Under the pieces are notes generated by a model. It worked only from the letters and a program-made list of their open reading frames with translations. It was not told the DNA's origin and did no database searches. From Octopus sinensis (lineage: Eukaryota), in NCBI RefSeq assembly GCF_006345805.1, contig NC_042997.1, positions 86,056,001-86,120,000 on the forward strand: a stretch of 64,000 bases of DNA, given 5' to 3'. The position numbers and the translations under genes are program-made. Below are positions 39,927-53,834 of the stretch, piece by piece (positions within the stretch are counted from its first letter, which is position 1; the number at the start of each line of letters is the position of its first letter).

Positions 39927-40080
39927 ATGATGGACTTCTTTTCAGTTTCTGTCTACCAAAAACACTCAAGGCTTCAGTTGCTTGATGGCTATAATAGAAG
40001 ACAGTTCCCCAGGGTGCTATGCAATGGGACTGAACCTGGAACCATGTCATTGGGAAGCAAACTTATTACCACACAGCCAA
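39665..40080 (-). mobile_element. SINE family A, diverged, expanded (CA)n
   Basis: Collinear similarity to 17002-17406. Confidence 0.8.
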
Positions 40081-41706
40081 TCTTGTACCTATAAATGTTA
40101 AAATAATGAAAATAAAGATGATAGTGATGAAGATGACAACATCCAATTTTCCTCTCATTTCAGTCCTTTTACTTTTAATTTTTTTTAACGTCTTTTATGA
40201 TTGAAGGATGTTTTCAGCTTGAGATCTGTAAAAAAAGATAGAAAGAAACATACTGGGTCCAGTGAGCTTGTTGAGTGGAAAGACTTTTCAAAAACCTGGG
40301 ATTTGTGGGAAAACAAACTTAACTGAAAGGTTAGGATCCTTGGTACTGTAAATGTTTGGAGACCAGTGCATTAAACTGCAAGTCTGCACAATCAGACTAA
40401 GATTAAATAACAACAATACATTCACTGTTCTACAGAGTTGATATCTTCTGGACTTTGCCCATAGTTATTCAGAATATTTTCTCTGATAGAGAGACAATTG
40501 GCATCTATCAGTTGGTCTGGCAGCTGCTAGTCCACAATTTATAGTTTACCAAAGTTCATGAATCTTATTTGTAATAGCTTTATCAGGATATTTTCAGCTC
40601 ACTATTTTTATTGTGATACCAAACGATTATTTATGCTATTTTCTAGATTATCTGTGTTTTTTATTGAGAATACTGCATAGAAAGTGATTCACCTTGAGTT
40701 CCAATTTCAAGCACTCCTTTTGTGACAAGTTGTCTTCAGTTCTTCTAGAAAGACAACTAGTGAACACCTCTTCTTTTACACACTACCCATTGAGAACAGC
40801 TTTGCATGCAACAATAGTTCATTTCCTTTACATACTATGAACAGTTTCATTATTCATTTGTTTGACTTAGATTTTTCCATGCTAACATGGGTTATATGGA
40901 GAGTTACTTGAGACAGAATTTTAGACTGGGCCTGGTGCAGCCTCCTGGCTTCCCTGACCCCGGTCGAACCATCCAACCCATGCTAGCATGAAAAGTGGAC
41001 GTTAAACGATGATGATGATGATGATGATGCTCTTCCTGTCACCAATCCTTGCCTGTTTATCAAGAAAGGAATGTTTTTATTCTTGTCTAGAGGATTTCAA
41101 AAGGGCAGATCATTAGTCACAATGTCAACATCATCTGCTTCACTCAAGTAGTGACAAGCATGTTTTTTGCAGTTCCCATCTACCAAATTCACTCACAAGG
41201 CATTTGGCCAGTCTGGGATTATAATAGAAAATAATCAAAAAATCTCAGACAAATGCATTGTTGCCAGCAAGTGATTCTAGTGTGTTCTTCTGTTTGAAAG
41301 TGGGGAATATTTTCTGAAATATTTTTAGGATCATTAAACAATACAATATTATTTCTAATTATTTCTATTAATGGTATTGTTATACAATACCATTTCTCTT
41401 TGTCTTCATTCACTGATGTCACCTAACATATCTTGTCTTACTTCTCAGCTGCATTGCTCAATGACTTTTTCAAGCATTTATTTTATTTGTACATGTTGTA
41501 ATACTTCAAGCTAATTTCAATCCTCTTTTGTGTTTGTGTGTGTGTGTGCGTATGTATTTACTTATTCATACTATGTATTTCATCTGCATTTATTTTATAT
41601 AAATTTTTAACATTTTAATATGTTGTATTTTTTTTACCAACCCACTTAATTCTGTGTGCACATTTTATTATGTCTTGTAAAGCATGCCAGGGTAAGTGAT
41701 ACTAGG

Positions 41707-42355
41707 ATAACTCATTCCCCGGACAACTCCTACCTGGACAATAGATATCTAGGACAACTCATAACTGGTATAAAGTGATAAAGATTTAATTTTAAAAGAA
41801 AAATGATAAATAAAATAACCATACACACACACAAATACATACACGCACACACAAGCATACACACACAAATATACCACACACATACACACCACATGCACAC
41901 ACACAAACACAAACACACACCACACACACACACACATACACCACACATGCACACACACACATACACCACACATGCACACACACACAAATACACACCACAC
42001 ATACACCACACATACACAACACCCGCACACACAAATACACACCGCATGCATATACTATACTCAAACACAAATACCCACCACACACACACAAATACACACA
42101 TCACACACACACAACACAAATATGCACACATACATACACATCACATGCATCCATATACACACCACACACACACATGCATCCACATACACTCACCACACAC
42201 ACATACACAAATACACACCACACACGTGCACACACACATACACACACACATACATGCAAAATTTCTTTCAAAATTAAATCTTTATCACTTTATAGCTGTT
42301 ATGAGCTGTCCTAGATATCAACTGTCCAGGTATGAGTTGTCTGAGAATGAGTTGT
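41707..42355. mobile_element. MITE with ~95-bp modular TIRs enclosing a degenerate (CA)n tract
   Basis: Left arm ataactcattc...ggacaa units...tataaagtgataaagatttaatttt; right arm aaaattaaatctttatcactttata...gaatgagttgt is its reverse complement. Confidence 0.85.
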
Positions 42356-43203
42356 AAACAATCCCTTTGTAATATATTTTTGTATGAATAAATAGGCCTT
42401 AATGGCGAATAAACTAAACAGGGCAGTGGATTTTCAGAATCATTAAAGTATCAGATAAAATCCATACAGCATTTATTCTGATTCATTATGTTATGTTCAA
42501 TTCCTGTTGAGGTCAATTTTGCTGTTCATCTTTCCAGAGTCGATAAAACAAAGTACCAGTTAAATACTAGGGTTGATAGCATCCACTGACCCCTTTCCCT
42601 CAAAACTGCTGGTCTTGTGCCAAAATAATCATTATCACTGTCGTTATTATAGTCTAGAGTGAGAAGCATTTTGTACCTTCTACATAAAATTTTTTTCTAC
42701 TCCTCATGTGTGTTCTTGCTTTCACTATTATTAGCCATCATTTAGTCATCATCATTATTACTATTCCTACTGGTACAATCACCATTATCACATTCATTAC
42801 TACTGCTGACTCTGTCAAGTCAATGAATGCCAGAACTTTATATTTGCTAGTAGCAATTCCTCGTAATAATATTTGTCAATTCTCTCCTGGCCTATCTTTA
42901 AATGCAATTAGGCCTTATCAGGTAAGAAACAGATTTTTCATTTTATTCTGCCAATAAAAAGGAAAAAAATCACTGCAAATCGGAGACATCATCTATTTCA
43001 GCCACTTGATATAATTAAAATAATCATTATCTCAATTTAAGGTAAACTACTTATGTGAATTTTATAGGCAACTTGTAAACAACCTCCAAACTCATGGCAC
43101 ACTTCTAGCTTGGGTCTTCTCAAATGTTTGTTCTTTACAAATAATTCAATGGCTGAACTAAAAATTAAGATGATCTCTATTTTCCATCTAATTGTAATAA
43201 CTT

Positions 43204-43628
43204 TTAACCCTTTTGTTACTATATTTCTATTGAATGTTCTGTCTTTGTTTTAATTAATTTTGAAAATAATGAAGAATTTAATAAAAATAATCTGGCAGAA
43301 TCATTAGCACACTGGACACAATTCTTAGCAACATTTCTTCAAGCTTTATGTTCTGAGTTCAAATGCCACCAAGTTAACTTTGCCTTTCACCTTTTCAGAG
43401 TCAACAAGATAAATATCACTTGGTCACCAGGGGGCAATGTAATTGACTTACCCTCTCCCCTAAGAAGATTGTTGACCTTGTGTCAAAATTTGAGATTATT
43501 GAAATAGTGTTTAGAACATAAATTAACATAAAAGTTTGATGGAGACTTTTGATTTAGATCACTTTAAAACAGGAAATTTACATAGAGCCACAGGCAGTGT
43601 CATGCTGGGTTGGTATCAAAAAGATTAA
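43204..43628. mobile_element. piggyBac-like MITE interrupted by SINE family B (about 43290-43497)
   Basis: ttaa-cccttttgttac ... gtatcaaaaaga-ttaa; related to 46520-46864 and 54733-54948. Confidence 0.6.
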
Positions 43629-45021
43629 AAACTCACCACTACCACCATCACCAACAACAACAACAAAACTTTTAAATAGATGAGCCAATGAGAACGCCTC
43701 TGCATATTCACTCGACATCTGAGAAATAGCAAATTATATTTAAACCATCTTAAGAATTAGATAATGCCGTAGTAAATTCACAATACCTGGGAAAAAGGAA
43801 AGATAAGATGGTTTTAGGACATTTTTTAATCATAGGTAAACTCTGTCAGAACTGACCTGGGGCTATCCAACAACTACAACTTCTAGCTGATTGTTTCCAG
43901 ATCACAAGAATCTGTAAGGCAACCCCTTAACTTTGTAATTGATAGTGGGAGTCTGAATTATTTCTGGTAGATTTTCCCCACAGGAGGAATTAAAATCCAT
44001 ACTGCTAGTAAATGGGAGCAAGTTGAAATCAGCCATTGGCAGTCAAATATATTGACAGTGGAAATGATGTTATTATAGTGTCAGGATATAAACTAAGGAA
44101 CTCTTAACTGACACTCCACTACCTTGTTGAACCTTCCATCTATGAGTTCCATCAATATTTAATATTTGGATGATTAAAAAAACTTCAAGACTGCAATTTA
44201 AATTAAACTATATCAGCTTTTTAAAAAAAAAAATTATACCATTTTTTTTAGTCAGGAGGGAAGGAAGTACCCATGATGCTAACACAGTTTTCAGAGGTCT
44301 CTGAGAATGGTGGGAGACAGAAAGGAAGGTATCCTCAACTGGAGACTTAGCTTGGATGCTTACAGCAGAATAGACTCCACTAAAGATCAACCATTATGCC
44401 AGGTTGTGGGGTTAAACTGGGCTACAGATTAAATTTGTTACTCAAGTAGGCCATGGCAGGATTTGAACTCAGAACATAAAGAATCAGAACAAAAACTATA
44501 AAGCTTATTTGGTCCAACATTCTCACAGTTCTGCCAATCAACCACACTGAATTGGTACACAGTTTTTATTACCCTAAGAGGATGAAAGGCACAGTTAATC
44601 TCAGCAGAGTTTGAAATCAGAGCAATGTGAGGTAGGGACAAATGCCAGGAAACATTCTTAGAAAGTGTTGTACTTTGCTTAATTCTAAGAATTAGTGTTT
44701 TCTATATAATAAATTTCTCAGTACTGTTAGAAACTAAAGATTTTGATGAAATGTTGTAAGTCTAGTATAAAAGTTCTTGAAATATAACTATTATATGATT
44801 TTAGATGACATTTGTTGATACAATCATAATGATTTACTGTACAGTGTGAACATTTTTTTAACTGTCGATTTTTACCTGTTGCCATGTTCTTTTACCTGCA
44901 AAGACAGGTGGACTAAAGTGAATTTGATTATGCATGTTTTTACATATGTTTACAAGATATCAATTCCAGGGCATTGATTCCTTAATTAAATCTTTAATAT
45001 CTAAATAATTTTAAATAAATA

Positions 45022-45218
45022 GGCACAGGCATGGCTGTGTGTTAAGAAGCTTGCTTCCTAATCACATGCTTCCAGGTTCAGTCCCACTGTGTGGCACCTT
45101 TAGGAAAGTGTCTTCTATTATAACCAAAGCTTTGTGAGTGGATTTGGTAGACAAAAACTGAAAGAAGCCTATCATATATGTAAATATATATATGTGTGTG
45201 TGTGTGTGTGCGTGTGTG

Positions 45219-45255
<37 letters not shown>

Positions 45256-45468
45256 ATGTGTCCTTTTGTCTGTGTTTCTGTCCCCCACCACTGCTTATTT
45301 ATGTCCCCATGACTTAGTGGTTCAGCAAAAGAGAGCAATAGAATAAGTACCAGGCTCAAAAGCAAAAAATAAGTACTGAGGTTGATTCATTTGACTAAAA
45401 AATTCTTCAAAGCAATGCCCCAGCATGGCAGCAGTCTAATGACCAAAACAAGTAAAAGACAAAAGATA
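45022..45468 (+). mobile_element. SINE family A, full length, diverged
   Basis: Collinear with 38619-39024. Confidence 0.85.
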
Positions 45469-45822
45469 AATTATTAATAAACATTATGATATTGTAACTC
45501 TCAGCCATTAAACTTTAAAATATAAAAAAGTCAGTGATGAAATGCAAAACTTAGTAAATGATAAAAAGGTAAATATGAAAATGATGAAATGAAAACATGA
45601 TAAAATGCAAAAAAAATAAAACATGGTGCAAACAGGAAGTATTTTGATAGGAACTTCATTCTAAAATTAGGTTAAACTTTGTTTCTCATAAAGAAGGGTG
45701 CTCAGTTTTAATTAACCCTAAACAACAACACTATTTGAACTGTAGTTTCAAGTTTCTCAGTATTTGCAACAGATCTAAATATCTGCAGTATAGGAGAAAA
45801 TAATTAAAGCATTGCAGAATAT

Positions 45823-46025
45823 GTAGAAAAATCTGTGTACTGTAGAAGGTGATAGATACAGATAAAATATTAAATATCAAAACAAGCAGAAACAAATTTA
45901 TTGAAATGATACCTTATAAATATTTAATTATTTCTAAGGTATCATTTCAGTATTTTTCTTATTGTTATTTTATATATTTATCTATCTGCATTGCTATCAC
46001 CTTCTATAACACAATGATTTTCTAC
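45823..46025. repeat. Imperfect fold-back inverted repeat (about 200 bp)
   Basis: tagaaggtgatag/ctatcaccttcta and tgaaatgatacctta/taaggtatcatttca pair symmetrically around about 45923. Confidence 0.8.
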
Positions 46026-46308
46026 TAGCTATATGGTTTATATACCTCAGCTCTAAATCAGGTTTCTTATACCTAAGTTCAAGTTTAAGTTCTAACCTTC
46101 AACTCATCAACTTCTAGCTTTGAATTGATAGGATTTATGCTTTTCAAAGATAAAGTGTGAATATATAAATGTATTTGTGCATATTATTGTGATGATTCTC
46201 TTTAATTAGATTCTGCCTCTAAGAATGAAATTCATTCTAAAGGAAACATTTGTTGAAGCCTAATATTTTGTCATGTCTGTATTATCTTTATTATACGTCT
46301 TTCAATAA

Positions 46309-46346
46309 TTCTAATTTTTTTCATTTCTTTTATTTACAGGTGAGTA
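46309..46346 (+). promoter_or_regulatory. Candidate recursive splice site (3' splice site fused to 5' splice site)
   Basis: Branch-point-like ttctaat (A46314), U-rich tract, CAG at 46337-46339 directly followed by GTGAGT; no AG in the ~80 nt upstream. Confidence 0.5.
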
Positions 46347-48499
46347 CATCTCTATAAAAGAATGGTTCTATCTTAGCATTTTTACTTCAGGAAAATCTGT
46401 GTAGTGTATTCCAATTGGTAAAGTATTAGAAATAAATCATTTCAACTTTGTACCCTTTCACTCATTTTTAGATAAATATAAAACACAATGTAACAACTTT
46501 GCTTGAGAAGCGAAGATGTTTAACCCAGTCCCTTTCATGATTGTATTTATAATGAAACATCCTACCTGTGTCTTACCAGTTATTAATTATCTGTTTCACT
46601 TCTCTTTATTTTTCAAAATAGTTGATGTTTGTATATATGTACCCTTAATATATTTTTTGCTAAATTCAAAACTGAAAATGAGATTTTTGAGAGTATTTTC
46701 TTTTCTTCTGTTTCCATTATAAAGTTAATGTCTGAAACTTGCAAAATGTTATTGCATAAAATTATGATAGATGGTTTCAATTTAAATATAAGCACATCTA
46801 AATAGGTGGTTTTGTATCATAGACAGAAAGGTGGACTCAAGCAGTTTGGTATCAAAGGATTTAAGAATTTCTTCTGAATAGACCGGAATGTTGTGACACC
46901 ATCAGACCAACTACTATTTGGTCATGTCAGCTAATAATTATAAGGAATCTCATTGTCCATAGCTACTTCATTGAGTACAATTACATGAAGAAGAATATTG
47001 GCAGATTGCAGACCTTGTTTCAAATTCAGGACTTAAAGAGCTTGACAGACATTGACAGACAAGTACACTCACACATACAAACATAAAGATATCATGATAG
47101 AAAACGTTATTCACTAATAAAGTATTCGAGTGATGATTGAGTGATCCGTGATTCAATCAAGTGTGTCTGAGTCTGATCTGTGTTTTTAATTTTAAATGTT
47201 GGGACAGAAATTTTTTTGTAAAATCATACATTATAGTCATTAAGGCATGTATGGTCATGTGGCTAAAAAGTTTGCTTTGCAATCATGTGATACTGTGTTT
47301 GACCCCACAGCACAGCACACTGAACTAGTGTCTTCTACCATAGACAGTAACTTGTAAGTAGGATTTAGTAGATGGAAAGTATGGAATTCCATTTAATATG
47401 TATAAGATGTATAAATATGTGTGTGTGTCTGTGGCAAGAAACTTCCAGTTCTATAAAAGTAGTCAATAGTATATACATGTATTGTATCTGCCAGCATATA
47501 AGACATGACTCTACAAAGATCCATCCCTAACTTTACAAAGATATCTTGTAGAAGAAAAAAAAGAAAATTAATGTGTTTCATCATATTTAGTGAAGCTGAC
47601 TTTTTTTAATGATCTTTTTTTCTTTTTGGATGTAAATGTAATAAATACAGAAATCAAGGGCAGAATCACATATTGTAACATTATACTGACCTTGGAAGGA
47701 AAATAAATTAAATTTAGTATAGATGAAAAGAAGTACTATACATTGGTATCAATGAATAGTGTTACATGCAGACAAAGCAAATATATCAGCAAAAAAAAAT
47801 CATACAAAGCAAACAACAAAGTTCAATAAAAGAGAATGAATTCCTATACATTATAGTACATGCAAACAAAGCAAGGAAATATTTTATTAATATTAGCACA
47901 CAGCAAGCGACAGGAAAAAAATTGATTACATTTTAATAGAAACTGATATTTAAGTGAAAAGCATAGGCTACACAGCAAGCAGCAAAGTACACTATATGTA
48001 AAAGAAAAGAAGTTAAACATCATAAAGGTTTATTTAATCATCTGCAAAAACTTAACAAATCATCATCTTCAGAAGTAGGTAAACTGGCAACCTTGAATAT
48101 TGAACTTTCTTTTCTTACTGCTGGCATTTGTGTTAGTCTTAGTATTATTGGAATTCTCTGTACTACCAAAAACTTTCTTTAAATACTTAATCTTCCTGAG
48201 TACCATAAAGAGCATTACTAATGCCACATTTTTAAAAATGATTTAACATCTGCCTCATTCTTTTGCAACTATTATTATACACTTCCATAAGCTGGCAGAA
48301 TTGTTAGCATGCTGGGTAAAATGTTAAGCAGCATTTCATCCATCTTTAGGTTCCAAGTTCAAATTCTACCAAGGTCAACTTTGCCTTTCGTCCTTTTGGG
48401 GTCAGTAAAATAAGTGCCAGTTGAGCACTGGGGTCAATGTACAAAATTACATACCCTGTGCCAAAATTTAAAATTATCATACCCTTGGATAATAATAGG

Positions 48500-49370
48500 C
48501 CTCTTCCTTCTCCTTGTTATGTGACTTCAAAATCTGAAGCATGCATTGACTTGTTCCTCTCTTTCATTGTAAATCTTTTAAATGGTTTATTTTAAATGAG
48601 GTATTTAAAGGTAGCAAATGACTATTTAGACCTGGTATTACAACTGCATGTTCAATTGTCCAAGTTCTATTCAATGATCTTGAAACAAATTCCAAACTAT
48701 TAAGGCAGCTTTCTTTAATAATCCACCAAAACATCTGGACCATACTTCATCTGCAACTTAATTCCTCCTTCATCTGTCTAACCTTTAAGAGGAGCATGAA
48801 CATAAACACTATTGGCTAGGCATTAAAGTCTTTCTTTTTGATATAAGAAAATGTCAAAGTTTTTTGCCATCATACTAAAATAACTATCATGTCTCTTCTC
48901 ATAGTCACATGTTTTAAGTCACCGATTTAACACCTTTGAATTCTAGCATTTTGTTAGATGGGTTTTCAAATGTCAGGGACATTTCATCCATATTGTTGCA
49001 GTTCAAAATTTTCTATTTTTCACATTTGCATGAGACTGCACAGAGATTGAATAATCATTTTGGTGGATACTAAAATGTCCAAAATTTTTGGCTCTGTTCC
49101 CCAAGTGTTTATTTTTGACAATTCCCTTACACAGATAATGTTTACTACATTGAAAAGCTTTCAGCTGATGGTGTTTTCTTGAACTCCTTACCATTTTACC
49201 TGCAGTTCACTGGGGCATAACAAGAAGAAAGTGAGAGTCCTATCTCCCTCAGGCAAAGATGTGAAAGGGCACAAAATTTCTTTTTGGTTTGTTTAGCATG
49301 CCTGTTAGTCAGGTTTGGCTGCTAAAAGTGTTTTTGCCCCTGGGGCCTGAGAGCCTTTGCCATGCCACTG
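48500..49370 (-). mobile_element. Possible highly degraded hAT transposon
   Basis: Minus strand starts cagtggcatggc (hAT-like terminus at 49370); weak SFATFK...TMKER resemblance to the hAT dimerisation domain near 48560-48625. Confidence 0.3.
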
Positions 49371-49841
49371 ATTGGTGGTGGACCAAAATACTGCACAGCT
49401 ATCCTTTAGTCAGTCTCATGCATAGGTATCAAGCTTAAATTTAACGTTATAACCATGCCTTCATTAAGTTTGAACCATAGGATTGAACTCTGTAAGAAAT
49501 TTACTGTAAACCGAAAACTGTAAGCAGAATCCTATAACCCAAGTCTAGTTTTAGTGAGCTCAGCTTTGTGAGCAAGTGTTGTTTCCTTATATTTTGATCA
49601 AGAGAATAACTAACAAGATGTGAAACTCATACTTTTAGCTGTGAAGCTTTATGTTGCTGCCATCTACCACTAGGGTGGGGCACCAATGCTACTGTTTTTC
49701 GTCCACTATTTGCAGTGTTACTGACTGATGGCTAATGTTGTCAACATTCTTTTAGTCTTTCTAGTAATATTTTTTGTTTAGCTATAGATAAAAAAAAATG
49801 GTTCTTAAAAGTAACACCATCATTAACTGATGTCACATATA

Positions 49842-50731
49842 CACTGAACTGCAAAAGAAACACAAGACGTGTGTGACTGTGAAATATGTTTTAATTTCCT
49901 TATGTCAGAGATAAATTTTGATAAATCTCATAAAGTCAATTCCTTGGGTGTATTTTGACCACAGTCTACGGGTCATTGTCATGTGTTCTGGTGGTGGGTG
50001 GATCCAGCACATCGAGATTGTAGGGCGTGACATGTTCAATACCATGTATGTCCTCCCTGGGTGTTCAAAACAGCCATACACCATTGGTACATGGAGTGCA
50101 TGAGGCAGTTTGCAAAAGCCACTGGCACCTGTGCCCACACAAGTTGTCGGTCTTAGGACCACCTGGTTCAGCTGTCTCTGGATTTCATCCCACAGGTGTT
50201 CAATTGGGTTCAAATCCAGGCTGAAAGCCAGCCATGCATGGTTTTGGTGTTGTGCTGACACAGGAAGCCCATGGTGACCCTTGTCATGTGGGAGGGAGGA
50301 TTATCCTGCTGGAACGCATGGCTGTGGTGACACATGAAGAAGGGCACAATGTGAGGTCTTGGGATCTGGTCAACATAGCGTTGTGCTGTGATGCCATTCC
50401 CTCTGCCTGCACCACTATTTTGGAACACATGGGACCCATTTCTCTAATTTAGGTCTATAGCGCCCAAAACCATGATGCTTTGGCCACCCCACATGTCTCT
50501 CTCCATGACACATGCATCTCTAGCGCTCACCCCTTCTACACCACACCCTCACTCTGCCATCCGAAGTGGAAACGCTGTACCAGGAAAGTTGAAAGGTTAC
50601 CTGCAATTTGGGTCTCGGCCATAAACCAGGATGTCTTGGAATATTTACACTTACATCACCGGAATAAATTTTCAGAATTTACCATATAAAAATGACATTT
50701 GAAAAAACCATGTTTCTTTTGCAGTTCAGTG
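49842..50731 (-). mobile_element. Internally deleted Tc1 (DD34E) transposon
   Basis: Perfect 21-bp TIRs cactgaactgcaaaagaaaca with TA on both sides; minus-strand GGQSIMV, ITAQRYVDQI, FQQDNPPSH and SLDLNPIEHLW motifs, frameshifted. Confidence 0.93.
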
Positions 50732-53120
50732 TATATTTTATGTAGGTTATGCATGCTGGGGAAGGAGATGTAGTGAGATACTGTGAACCTCCCTCTGCCA
50801 TTACCTTTCATTACCATAAGCTATTATGTAGACCTGCAACAAATTTACTGTAATTTCATGCTAATAAATTTTTACAAAACAGTCCTTGAGTGCAACATGC
50901 CACTTTCACTTGTCAAACTGCATCCAGTATCAGTTTGTTTGGCAACAGTAGAAAAATTTTTGTTTTTTAAGATGTCATAATGCAGCTAGTTTGTTTGTCA
51001 TTGGGGATGGAGATGATTCAACACAACATGACACACAGCAACACACTTTTTTCTTCTTCCTTTACACTTCTTTCTTCTCTCTGTCTAAATTTCTAAAACA
51101 AAAAAATCCAAAGCTCAAAACACCAAAGACACTTTGGATTTCTTTAAGTTTTGTTGGGCATAAAAACTAACACTTTTCTTTCACTTGTCTTCTGCGTTAC
51201 TATTTTCATTGATTGATTTATTCAATCATTTGTTCATTCATCATACATTTGTGCATATGTATATAGATACTTACATACATACATACAGACAGACAAGCCA
51301 GCTGGACCAAAGTATGGCTGAACTTGGGTTCCTGAGGAGAGAATGCAACTCCTTAATTCATACACTACAAATATGTGGAGCAATAAATGTCTGAAGGACC
51401 TTCTTAAGATTTAAAGGATGATGAACAAAACGTCTTTCACAACCTTGCTACCAAGCAGGTAACCAGTCAACATTATCCGTAAATTAAAAAGAAGCAGAAT
51501 ACATATGTATGTGACTCATGGTCTGAGTTAGGACACAAGATACTAATCTAATTTGGAGTTAAGCACACTGCAGCTCTTCAGTGTCTTCATTTTAAATATA
51601 AGGATCTAATACTTGGAAATTCTACTGTGTAAAACCCAAAATGCAACACATCACAACAGCAATGAGCACGTATAGGAAGGGCAGCACCATCACACACCCC
51701 CAAATTCACTAAATATCATGGAAGAACAAAATCAGTCGTAGAGACCAAGCATGTAAATATAAGACAGCAACTTTTATTAACATATATATATATATATATC
51801 CTTAAATCCTTAAAAATGTTTTAGCCCAAAGGCCGCAGCCATGCTGGGGCACCACCGCTGAAAAGTATCATGTGCATATATATATACATATATATAACGG
51901 GAAGGTTTACGAAAATAAACAAAAGACGAAGGCAGGTTTATATATACATATATACATATATGTATATATATATATATACATACATATGTATATATATATA
52001 TATAAATAGATGAGTGTATTTTTACCTTGTTAACAATTAACACGGAAAGTAAAAATATTTGATTACACCTACGTTAACTCCATTTTTTTATTCATATATA
52101 TATATATATATATGTTACACTATGAGTTTTTGTATATATACTTTTGTTTTTGTGAGTAATATTTCAGTGCTTGAAGCTGATGAATTTGTTCCACTTTACA
52201 AGATTTACTTTATAAATCATTTAACACTTGTTGGAGTCATTCTGTTTAGTTTTTGTTTTTGTCTCAATGCATAATGGAACAGTTCTAAATTAACTGACAG
52301 CATTTTTATTTTCTTACTGCAACAACATCTCTCAGCTCAGTTGCTGTTTGTCTTTTGCATTTGAAAGTTCATTCTTAATGCTTGACTAGTGTTTTGTTGT
52401 TTATATATTTTGGCTGTTTGCTGTACAAACAAGGTCTCCACTTCTTGCTGGATTTGTTTTGTCAATTTTTTTTTTTTAAAGTTCATTCTGCAATCCTCAT
52501 TGTCTCATAATGTTTCAATCTTCATAAATTCAGATGATTTGTTGCCCAGCATCACAGTTGCAAGAAATTTCGATGTTACTTTAGCATGTGGTCTACTGCA
52601 GTATCTGTGGTCATCACTCTAAAATAATCTAATCTGGGTTTGGGTTAGGGTTAGGAGCAGATTGAAAAATTCAGGAAGTCAAGATGTGTTTGTGCCTCTT
52701 CATGTCTAGACAAGAAATATTGTTCTTCTTGAACTTCTACAGTGAATCATCTGTATAGCATTTTGGGAGTGATAAATATAATTTTCTTATTTTCCTGATA
52801 TTTTGGCATTTTTATTTACTTTCCCATCTTCTGTCAACTTTCATTGGTAACTTCTTTAACAATAACTGCATCATTATTGACGGCTTGGGTACTCGAGTGA
52901 TAAATAAAATAAAGAATCAACATGAGATACAAATAGATTTACTGTTGAATGGTTGTGTGTTTGTTACGTAAGCTTTTAAAATATTATATAGCTAACACTT
53001 AATTAACAATAACTAGTTTAGGCAATAAATATTGCATCATTATGTAGATGTGTATTTCTTTGTGTATATGAATGTGTGATTAGATAGCTGTACATGTATA
53101 TGAGTGTGTGTTTGTGTGTG

Positions 53121-53183
<63 letters not shown>

Positions 53184-53241
53184 ATGTATGAGTGTGTATG
53201 TGTATATATATCAGCATGTATGAGTGTGTGTGTGTATGTGC

Positions 53242-53277
<36 letters not shown>

Positions 53278-53757
53278 GTATAAAACAATATTTCTTTCAT
53301 GCATTAGAAAGCAATTTATGTATGGAATGGGCCAAAACATTATTGGATTTATGGATTACAAGCCTTTTGGGAACTTCAAAGAAGAGAGCCTGGCCCAGCT
53401 GTGACACTCTGAGCTTAATATCGATGTGGTAGAGAACAACAGAAACACTACATCTATGTTGTTTGTTAATCCTCTGGCGTGTATAATTTATGCTGCTAAT
53501 ATGTGTGTAGCTATGTAAATATATATAGGCAAATGTTTGTGTATATGTGTATGCATGTATCTTTGTAAACATTATGTATAAACATTCACATACACATGTG
53601 CCACCTACATATTTCTATACAATTATACATACGTGCATGCTTAGTTACATATGTATGTTAGTTTGTGTGCCTCTGTGTGTGTGTATGCTAGTTTGTGTAT
53701 ATGTGTATATTAACCATTTCATATTGTTCAAATTTATATTTTATTCAGAATGCTTTT

Positions 53758-53828
<71 letters not shown>

Positions 53829-53834
<6 letters not shown>

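Noticed and set aside
44890-44905. Minus-strand TTTGCAG|GTAAAA junction
   Set aside because: Short pyrimidine tract, nearby upstream AG and weak donor; compatible with chance.
52636-52654. Telomere-like gggtttgggttagggttagg
   Set aside because: Only about three imperfect units; too short to call an interstitial telomere.
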